A stretch of DNA of 64,000 nucleotides, taken from NCBI GenBank assembly GCA_016748015.1, contig JAAOMT010000768.1:1-64000 (forward strand). The letters run 5' to 3'. The notes below the pieces were generated by a model. The model made no database searches. It was not told where the DNA came from and saw nothing but the letters and a program-made list of their open reading frames with translations. This stretch comes from Geosiphon pyriformis uo1. Its lineage: Eukaryota; Fungi; Glomeromycota. The number at the start of each line of letters is the position of its first letter. The first letter of the stretch is position 1. Shown here piece by piece: positions 38,405 through 49,149 of the stretch. Position numbers and translations under genes: made by a program.

Positions 38405-41400
38405 GTGATTTGGCAATTTCTGAGAATCCTTTAATGAATTTCCAATAGTAGGAGACTAATCCTACAAATCCTTGTAGCTCTGTGGTATTTTTGGGTAATT
38501 GAAAGTTTTTAATAGTATTGATTGTTCCAGGATTTGGTTTGACTCCATCTTTGCTCAAAAAAGATTAAACTTGTTTTTCCAAAGTGACATTTCTTAATGT
38601 TTAACTTTAATCCTGTTTTCCGTAATTGTTGAAAAACTTCTTGCAGATAAATCAGATGAGCTTCAAAGCTTGGTGAGTATATATTAGTGTCATTAAAATA
38701 GACAACTACTAATTGCCATAAAAGTTTTTCATATACAATATTCATGAGTTGCTGGAATGTTGCTGGTGCATTGCAGAGTTCAAAAAACATAACATTGAAC
38801 TTATAGTTTCCTTCTTGAGTGGTAAATGCTGTTTTGGGTCAATCTTTTGGGTCCATTTTAACTTGTCAATATCCACTTTCCAAGTCTAAAGTTGAAAAGA
38901 ACTTGGCTTTTCTTAAGACATCCAGCATATTATCAATTCTTGGAAGAGGGTAAACATCTCCAATTGTCACACTGTTGAGCTGACAATAATCTACACAGAA
39001 TCTGATTTTTCTATTTTTCTTTTTAACAAAAACTACTGGTGAGGCCCAAGGACTTCTTGATAGTTGAATCAATCCATTATTGAGCATTCTTTGGACCTCC
39101 TCTCTGATAAATTGGTGGCTAGCAGGTAGAACTTGATAGGCTTGTTGTTGTTTTAGTGGAGCATCTTCTGTGTGGATCTGATGTTGAACAATATCAGTTT
39201 TTCCAAGATTATTGTTGTTTTTTGCAAATATATCTGCAAATTCAGCTATTAGCTGTTTCAATTGCCTTTGTTGTTGGGGTTCTAAGAGACTCATGTTGAT
39301 TTAAAAGAGTTTTTCTTCCAAAAAGTGGTAGTTTTCAGTAGTAAGAGTGATGTTTGGATTGAAAAGTAATGTATGTTTTATAATTTCGATAAAATTAGAG
39401 ACAATTTAAGGGTTTTTATCTTGAAAAATATTGCTATGTATGATTCCAATCTCTAATTTATTCAATAAAACAATAGGATAATTGTTGGGGTTGTAGAATA
39501 TGACTCAAATTTTTTTCATTCCTTTGAGAATATAAACATTTGGAATTAAAATTTCATGCTTTAAACAGATTTGCTCATTGGATTCAAAGATTTGTTGAGT
39601 AATAGTGAGTTTTGAGCAAGTGTAAATTTCATGATGTTCACCAAAAGATGAAATAGTAATTGGTTGGGAAAGTTGAAGAACCTGGTAAAATTTATTTTGT
39701 GCATTGAGAGCTATGTTTACTGACACTTTAAATCATCCAGTTGAACCAAAACCTTGCATTCCTTTTTCACTTTTTCTTAATTGTTTTCTATTGTTAACTG
39801 ACTGTAGACTCGAAATGTTGATTAAGAGTAAATAAATTGCTTAAACAATTTTTTCAGCATGTTCAATCCTGAATGGTTTATTTGTTTCATTCTGCAACAT
39901 AATGATAATGTCTCTAGTATATTCTGCATCTATGATTCCTCTTTTAACATTGATTTTTTTGCTTGCCAATAATGATTTGGATGCAATTTGAACCATTGCT
40001 CCAGGTGGGATTTCAAAAACAATTCTGAGATTAATTTTGGTTAAGAATTTTGGCTAAAGAACCAAAGTGTTTTTGCCAGAATATCTGAGATCATATTCTG
40101 CATCAATTTCGTGGGCTTTTTTTGGTTTTATTCCTTGTTCATTGTTGTCAAAGTATTTGAGTTATATAGCAGGCTGGTTTTCAGTAAAATAGATTGGTGT
40201 TGTTGTGATTTCTTTTTTTGTTTTTGGTTTTCCAAATTCGATTTTTTCCTGGTTATTTTTACTGGACAAAGGAATGCTAAGTGCATAGCATTTTGGACAC
40301 CATTTGTTATCACAAGGCATGATGCATTCTTCACATAATTGAATGTTTATTTGCTCTAATTGTTAAATTTAAGCTTCTTGGGTTGGGTATGTATGGCTTG
40401 CAATTTGGTGATATGTTTCTACTTTATCTTTATAGTTAAATCTAGCTAATTCTATTGTGTATTCAATGTATTCAGCTTCTTTTATTTGGTGGACATCTTC
40501 TTGTGTGGCTTTATTGATTAAAGCTATTGCTAAGTCAAAGATTATTTCAGCATCATAAGGATAGTGGTAGAGTTTATTAAGAACACTGTTATATGCTGCA
40601 TTAAATAGTGTTCCTTTTTTAACTTTTTCCGAAATTGATAGGGCATATTGGCAGGTTTGGTCACATACTTCTCTTCTCATTGCAACATCAATCCAGTTGT
40701 ATTCTTCTGGTAGCATATCTCTACATATGAGACAAAGAGTGTTGTCTCATTTTCTATTCCTTTTGGGATATCCAAATCGTTTTCTATGATATGCTTTGCA
40801 AAAGTAGCAGGTACAAGTTTCATATTTCTCTTCTGGAGAAATACATGCTCCCATTGATAAAAGTTTCTTGTTGCAATTTTTGTATTTGAGTGGGATATAA
40901 GGTGGTTGTTTCTGTGGTTCTGGTGTAGAATATCTAACTATATTCTATTCTCTGATTTCCTCAAAGATTTCTTGTTCTGTTTCTTCAGCCCAATTGGATG
41001 GTAATCCAAGAGCCATAAAGGTTTCAGTGGCTGGTAGTTCTTTTTTCTCTTCAAATTTGAATACTGGGGCTTTTTCAGTTTTCTTATTAAAAGTACCACA
41101 GGTGGCAGGTACTCTAGTGTATTGTCCTTGGTATGAAATCTTCAATTTCTGGATTTCCCAATCTAAGTTTGTATTGGTCTTAAAAAGCCAATCATTTTTG
41201 ATGAAAGCTTGGTATTGGAGTGCATTCATAACTAGAACTTTGACTGGAATGGTGATTCCATCAATAGTGAATGGGAAATTGTTGATTTCTCCTACTGGTG
41301 TCTTTTTCATATTATCTGCAGTGACAATTACAGTTTGGGCTGGTCTGTCAACAGTTTTTTAAAGCTGTTGCATTAATTGGTAAGTAATAATACTTCCAGC

Positions 41401-43556
41401 TGATCCACTGTCTAAGATTAACTGAATTGGTTTTCTTTCAACTTCTGCTTCAGTATATATTGCTGTAATTGTTTTTTGTTCATTGACTGCTGTATTGCTA
41501 AGCAAAAATGGTGATTCATTGGCTTCAAATTCGAATGGAAAGATATCTAAAAGGTTAAATTTTGGGCAATTTGGGCTGATGGAATGGTGTTATTGGAAGG
41601 GTTTGATCTTGGTGCTGCAACTTCACCTTTAAAAAGTGCAGGTTGTTGAAAATTCGATTCTTCAGGCATTGTAAGATAATTGGATTGAATGTGATAGTAA
41701 ATGGGTCTTTGCTGATCAGAAGTTCAGAGAACTAACTGATTATTTGGGTTGATTTTGTTGTTGTTATTCTGAAATTGATTTTGGTGTGAATTGGTTATGT
41801 TGAACCAATTTTCTGGCTGGTACTTGATATTGTTGAATGAGTGGTATCTGATATTGCTGAATTGGTAAAGGTTGTTGATATTGTTGTTGAATTGGTTGTG
41901 TAGCTGGTTAATAGTAACTGCTTTAATTTTGTGGTCTTAGTAAATAATAAGTTGGTAATAAAGGTTGGTAATAAAATTGTTGTGGTGAAAAATAATATTA
42001 ATTACTTCTGTTTTGTTGGTTTCTCTGTAATTTTCTGCAATCTTATTTCCAGTATCCTGAGATTTCACAATAATGACAATTTTGAGATTGGTTGTTAGAT
42101 GGAGATCCAAAATTGTTTTGGTTGCATTGTTATGATGGTTGATATCTTTATGGTTGTTGCTGCTGTTATTGTTGGTTTGTAAAGTAGTTCTCAACCTTTT
42201 TTGTGAGTTGGTCTATTTTTTTTTAACTGCTGAGCTGGTTTTTCCAATAGTTAGGTTGACAAATTTAGTGTGATTGGCTTCTTCTATTGTCATTTCATAG
42301 TTTTTTGCATGTTTAATGGCAGTTGCTAAGTCTGCTGGTGCATGTGGACAAACTTTTTTAATTAATTTGTCTTTTAATTCTGCTATAAACTGATCCAGAA
42401 TCTGAGCATTGGAATAGTAGTTATTGGTTTCCAATTGTTGAATTTGACAAAGAAGTTTGTTAAATCTCCTAAGATAAGTCATAACAGTTTCAGATGTTTC
42501 TTGCTTAATATTACAAAAGTGATTGCAGAGAGTAATAGAAGTGTTGTTGTCAGTAAATTGTTGTAAGAAAGCATTTTTGAATGCTTGCCAGTTTTCAAAT
42601 AGTTCTTCTAAGTTTTCAAACTATTCTCTTGCAATTTTTTGGAGAAAGTATGGGATTGCTTTAAACATTTTTGCTGCATTCTAACCATTTGCATCTCTTG
42701 CTTTTTGAACTTTGTCAAGCCATTTTTGAGAGCTGGTATTATTATCTTCACCAGTAAATTCTGGGATTTTTGCAATATAAGCAGTTGTCATTTCTTTTTT
42801 GTTTTCTGTAGTTTCTTCTGGTTCTAATTTGGTTTCTTCACTTTCCAGATTTTCTGAATGATTACTTTTGTTTTTCTGTAAGTAATCAAGAAGATTAGTG
42901 TTGATTAATATTAGTTCCTGCTGTTAAGTAGGATTTTTAGGTGACTGAAAATCTTCTGGTCTGAAAAAATGGTTAAGTGGTGAATTTGGTGTTTGTGGTC
43001 GAGTAAATGAAATTGGAAATAGTGTAATAAAAAGTGGTAATTTGATACTGATTCCTTGTTCAGATATTTGTAAGTATTTGGCAGTTGTCTTTGGGGTCTT
43101 TGGAGTATTTGAGATGATACTTTAGTGTTGTTTCAGTTTTTGTTTGCTTTTGTTGCTTGTTTCTGTCTCTGATTCAAAATCAATAGAGTATTTAAACTGT
43201 ACTGGATATGTTTTTTTACAATACTTGATAATATTAAAATTAAGTTCTTAAAAGTAGGTGGCAAGTATTTCACTGTTAAGGTCTTCAGTTTCCAACTGTG
43301 AATAGTGCACTAAATTATTGTAAAGGTTGTTTTTAACTTCGGAAATGTTGTAATTTTCAAGAAGATAATTGTTGATGCAGTTTTTAATATACTGGTAAAG
43401 TGTCTTTTTAACAATTTCAATTCCATCTGGAATGTTGAATCTCTGTTTACAATGGGTGTAAATTGACTGATAATATTCTAGAATTGTTGTGTCTGGTGTG
43501 GTCACTACTTTGAAGTTGTTATTGCTGTGTTATTTCTGTGGAAGAAGAGCACCAAA

Positions 43557-44531
43557 TGTTACCAGAGGTTTTTGGTCTCTTTTATTGAATACTGTTAATG
43601 TTTGTTTGTTGCTAATTTCACGTTTTCTGGAAGCAATTAAACCTCCAATAACTGAATTTGTCTTCAAATTATCTCCTATAATTTGAACTGCTGGGCTTAT
43701 AAGTGAAATGGCCAATTCTGTACCAGTTATTTTGTGTAGTTACATTGTAGTAAACATTAACTCTTTCCCAAGAATTGCTTGTTTGAAAGCTCACTAAAAA
43801 TGTGTAGTTACTTTGCTATGAAAGTCAATTCTTTTACAGGAATCTTATTTGGAGGCTATCCTAATGATTATAATAAAAAAATAAAAAATAAATAAAAGAA
43901 GTGTAAAAGAAATAGAATTTTGTCAAAGAAAACGTTTTCTATCCTGGCCTGGAGTCACTAACAAATTACTAAAATTAGTAGCTAATCAATTTTGAAATGT
44001 TAGTTGTATTAAGGGAATTTCAAGTGTAATAATCAAAGGATTTTGTTTTTCAAATATTTAATTTTTATTTGAGATGTGTAAAAGATAATTTGTTTTAATT
44101 AAGATATCTAAAGTAAGATATTATGGTAAAATACTATAAAAAGATACATTTTTTTGAAGAGAGAAGCTCTTTTTTTATACAACTTGTTATAGTACTAGTC
44201 TTTGAACTTGCACTTTTCTCTTTGCTACAATTTTGGGTAAACTAAAGATATATTTTGGCAAACTACAAGTTATTTTACTGAACTATTGATTATTTTGGCC
44301 AATTTTCATTAATTTCGGCCAATTTTAACTATGTTAAATGGTTTAGGATATTGTGTAATTTGATCATCTTAATTTTTATTATACAAATCAGATTATTGAT
44401 TAAGTAATAATATTTGATAATTTGATTAAATAATAAGTAATAATCAAAATAATAATAATATATGCTAATTAATAATAAGAATTATGAGGATAATTTTATG
44501 TTAATTAATAGCTAAAATTCTATTAGTAACA
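43557..44531 (-). repeat. 5' LTR of element 2
   Basis: Followed on the minus strand by the PBS and gag start. Confidence 0.92.
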
Positions 44532-45190
44532 TTATGCTTTTTCCTGCTCATTTGATTCTAATGTTTGTGTTCAGTTGCTAAACACCTATGTAGCTAATTG
44601 GAGGGTAATTTCTGGTCTGTCTTGCTCAGTTTTGTGTATATTACAGTATTTAAGTTTCTGTTCTTCTAATATTGTCATGTGTGTGGCTTTGAACAAGAGT
44701 TTTGTTTTCAATAATTGGTATCAGAAGTTCTTTTCTATTTTCAAAGATTCTAAAATTGCAAATCAGACAGTTGTGGACTTTGTATGTAAATTTGGCTTTG
44801 TATTTAGAGAGGAGATTTGGTTGGCTTGTGTCAAACACCAGACATTTATGGAGAAAAATGGTTTAATCCCACATAATGAGTCTGTTCTGGTCTTAGTATC
44901 TGGGCTTTTTTCAGTGTTTTCTGCCAGTATTGTTAAATTGCTGGGTATTGCTAATACTTTTAGTATTAGTTTTGGTTTTTGTAATTCTTGTTGGTTTTTT
45001 TCAGGTTTAAATAGTATGGTTTTAGTTCATATAGATACAAAGTGTTGTTTTAATTAGCCTAAGTAACTAGTTATGTGTGAAAAATGCATGATTCACACTT
45101 AGTTTATATTACTAAGTTGATATATTATACTAGGTAGTAATTGGATCTTACTTGTTAAATAATATAAAAAAAATAAAAATAAAAAAAAAT
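44532..45190 (+). mobile_element. LINE 3' end (ORF2 C-terminus, 3' UTR, poly(A))
   Basis: YAFSCSFD...IWLACVKHQTFMEKNGLIP homologous to the reverse complement of 3770-3280; A-rich tail 45166-45189. Confidence 0.85.
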
Positions 45191-45387
45191 TGAATATTAA
45201 TTTTATTAAAAAATAGTTAATTATTAATCTTAAATTTTTGTATAATATTTTTACAAATTTCAGATAATTGGATTTTAAATTTTGTTTTTGTTTATTTTTA
45301 TTGAATAATTATTAAAAATGCTTTTATTTTTTATAGATTATATCTTATCAAAAATATTAAATATTACAAATAATTATATAATATATT

Positions 45388-45545
45388 ATTTTTTTTTATT
45401 AACAATATTTAACGAGCATAGCTCAACTGCTATCTAGTACATAGAACCAAACTAAGAGACTCAAACTAAATGCAGTTCACACACTTTCTACATGTGGCTA
45501 GCCACTTAGACCAGACAAGACAACACTACACACCGATATTAACAC
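45388..45545 (-). mobile_element. 5'-truncated LINE remnant (3' UTR + poly(A))
   Basis: Aligns to the 3' UTRs at 3140-3270, 45040-45165 and 51350-51475; adjacent T-run. Confidence 0.7.
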
Positions 45546-46055
45546 TTGGATTAATATATTAAATCATAAATTGGTATTTTTAATTAATAATAAGATTTAA
45601 AAAATTTAGTATTTGAAAATTTTAAACTAATAAAGTTTTTTGTATAATAGACAAAAATTTTTTAATACAGTAACCAGTTTATTTTGGTGTTTTTACTTTT
45701 TTAGTAAATAATTAAGTTAATTTTACATGTATTTTTATGTTTTTTATTAAACAATTTTTAATATTATAATTTTAGTGGTTTTTTTTAAACAATTAATAAA
45801 TAACAAAAAAAATAAAAAAAATAAAAAATTAATGTTTTATTAATAATCATAATTAAAATTATTGTTTTAATAAGATTAATTAATTAAAAAATTTTCTTAT
45901 TATATATACATAAATTTTTAATAATTTTTATACTTTTTTAAATAATTTTTAATATATAATTGGCTAATTTATGCTATATTCAATTATTAATTATTTTTTT
46001 TTTATAAATAATAATATTTACTTTAAATTTATATAATCAATTTATATCAAAGTAT

Positions 46056-48239
46056 TCAGTATTCTTTGTTCCATGCACAAAGATTATAATGTTTAGTTTC
46101 TTTTGATCCTGCCAATACCCACTTTACAAGATGCAAATCATGGCTTTTTTCTATTTTTTTGTGAAGCCCAACATCATGATGCCAGTTAATATATTGATTT
46201 AAACTTTCTGGATATTTAGCTTCTTCAACGCTCCCAGCCCAATCAAAATCAATAAGTTTTACATCATTAGTTGGTCCAAGGAGAATGTTAGGACCACGAA
46301 GATCTCCATAAACAAAGCCAAAATTGTGGAGCATGTTTACTGCATCCAGAATAGTAGTCTGCATGGTCTCGCGCTCGTTACCTGAAACCTTATCGAGATG
46401 TGAATAACATTGCAAGTATTCCATGATCACCAAACTCCAATCATCAAGTTCCTCAAAGTACAAAATCTTGGGAGCAATCCCCTGACCAGAGCATGCATCG
46501 TGAGCTTTTTTGCAGTATCGAGGAGTGAATTTAACAACGACTTTTTGATTAGATCCATCTAAATCTGCTTCGGCAAGCCAGAGGTTTTTATCTTCTATCC
46601 TTGATACATAGCATAAATTTTGAAGACTTTCAATCTGAGTTGGGAAACGAGGAAAAGGCCCATTGCAAACCATTTTCGGGGTGTCTTGATTATTGGAAAG
46701 AGCAGTGTAGTATTCTTGAAGATCTTGCAGACAAGTAACAAGAGCAGAAATCGCACGGCATGCCATCCTAGCTGTGCAGCAATCATAGAACGTCATGTCA
46801 AGGGGGATAGCCGGAGTAAGTTTGTCTATACAATGGTAATCGCTTAGGATAGCACCGCTGATTGTGAGTTCTTGGCCTAAACAAAATGCTTTAATAACTA
46901 CCAATACCATTAAAAGATGGAAACACAAAAATTTTTTTACCGTTCAAAGTAACCAGAAAAGATGGGTAACACGTGCGTCCACTATATTGCTCATTTGCCT
47001 TCCAAGTGAGATCGATGAACTTAACATAATAAGCTGCATTCTGTAAGTAAGAACAATTCCTCGTTCCCCAGTCCGTCTTCACCTCCAGGTTAAGAAGGAG
47101 AAACTCTGTGCCAGAAACTCTCTTGATAACCGTGCCCTCAGTCTCATACCCGTTACTGTGGTAATTTTCTATTGTCAATGCTGGATTCAGATCTGTGAGG
47201 ATATGAGTCAAAAATTTCTTGAAGAGGTTTTCTTGAGTTTTCTCCGTAGTTTCGAGACGCGATAATTGGGGCGAGAGCTCTCGGATGAGCTCCGCATATT
47301 TCTTTTCGTTGTTGGAAAGTGTAGGGGTATCGTTGTAAAATAAATTTCGGAATTTCTCGAAAACCTTGCAATAGAATCTGATTGGGATGTCAGAACGACT
47401 CATGGGTCTGTGATGGCGAATCCTTTTCTCTTGGACAGTATCGACAAAACTTGACGAAGAGTAGTTGCTAGGTGATATATTTTTAAGAAGGCTAACATTT
47501 TTCTCCCTCTCCTCGAATACTAGAAGAATGTAGATTTTGAACAGGTCAAAACTTCAATCTCTGCAAATTAATATCCTGTCCCAACTCACCCTTCCGACGC
47601 TTATTAACGTTGTCTAGCTCGGGAGATAGTGAGCGTGAACGTCGAATTTCTGGGTGATTGCAGTGAGAAAAATGAGATGGCGAGGGAAAACAGACGCATT
47701 ATGGTAGATGATTTAAGTGATAAATAGTTCGACAGTGGTTAAACCGCAACGAAACAGGCCGTGAGCGACATTAATAGAAAGGCATTATTTAAACAAGGAA
47801 GATAAATGAGACAATTAAGAAACAAGATGACAGTAATAAACAGGTAGATTTATATCTGCAAACAGTTATTTCATGATAGCGATAATTGCAAGCATAAAGG
47901 ACATTATCGTATTACTAAACTCTATTCTATATACGCTGTCTACTCTAACTCTGTCCCCAACACCCAAGTCACAAAGTTGTTACCTGTCTTAGTTGTTTCT
48001 AGCAATGCATTTTGGAATCTTTGGACCTGCGCCTTCCACTCATTTTTCTCTACTTTTAAATCATTTGCATCTTCTTCCAACTCTTCCTTTTCTTCTATCC
48101 ATGCCTCTTTTTCATCACTGTCCGTCCACTTTTGTCCTCTCAGATTCTTCTTTAATTCACTTAACCTATCTAGCTTCTCCACGCATCTCCTATACTCGGT
48201 CTTAGCGTCTTCTAATTCACGTTTAATATCTTCAGACAT
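46056..48239 (-). CDS. Gene B: coiled-coil header + NLS + REase-fold + atypical protein kinase (Crinkler-like), 4 exons, 571 aa
   Basis: Exons 48239-47984, 47649-47590, 47519-46941 and 46876-46056 splice at GT-AG sites into one open 1716-nt frame. Exon 2 reads EIRRSRSLSPELDNVNKRRK. REase-like TEG...NLEVK...YLQNAAYY; kinase VVVKF, YGDLRGPNIL, LIDFDWAG. Confidence 0.85.
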
Positions 48240-48900
48240 GGTGTTTTGCGTGTTTGTTATGGTTTGGGAAAATATGGCCTAATATATGTTTGGTTCGTGT
48301 CAATGACGTTTCAGATCTTTGATTTATCAGTATAAATTTACTATTTAAGTAACAAACCCGCCTTTGTTAAATTACAACAATAATCAGAGTTTTTACTATA
48401 TAATATAATTGTTTTTTTAATAATTATTGTATTATGCAATATTCATTAAATTATTTGTTTTGTTAAATTAACATTATTATTGTTTTATATATTTTAATAT
48501 TGAATAAAATTCGTTTTATTATTTTAAAATTAAAATAATTGTGAGTTTTAAAATTGGAAAAAATTAAACCAGTATTAAATATATTTAATTTATTATTTTG
48601 TATATATTAAACTTATTAAATAAAAGTTTATATATTTTAATTTGTAAATAAAACAAATTTAATAATGCTATTTTTTATGTATTAATTAAATTAAAACTTA
48701 AAATATGTACCAAAAATATTAATTATACATTTTTTATATGTAATCAGTAATTTAAACTTATACTAAGATATATATAAATTAAAAAAAAAACTATTTGTTT
48801 TTATTTTAATTTAATTTTTTATTTTTATATATTAAAGTTTTAATAACTTTATTATTACTTTTATATTAATAGTTTATATTTTTACAAAATTATTAATTAA
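48240..48900 (-). promoter_or_regulatory. Upstream/promoter region of gene B, duplicate of 2300-2860
   Basis: Direct sequence match. Confidence 0.8.
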
Positions 48901-49149
48901 TAATTTTTATTTTTATTAATAAATTTATTATTTTTATTATTTAAAAAATATATTATAATTTTTTATTAATTTTTAAATAATATCAATAATATATTTAATT
49001 TAAAAAAACTTAAATATTTAATATTAAATAAAACTATTTTTAATAATTAATAAAAAAAAAGTAATTTAAATTATTAATACATTAATATATTTAACTATAA
49101 ATTTATTAAATAAGTCAAGTTTTTAAGTAAAATTCCAAAAATTTTATTT

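Larger units (their letters stand above)
24764..44531 (-). mobile_element. Gypsy element 2 (family B), containing nested element 3; no matching TSD
   Basis: LTRs 24764-25731 and 43557-44531; PBS TGGTGCTCTT; PPT GAGGAGGAGATTA; gag 43505-41900, PR ~41420, dUTPase ~40160-39735, RT split at 38405/28520, IN 27956-26622, ORF3 26419-25740. Confidence 0.92.
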
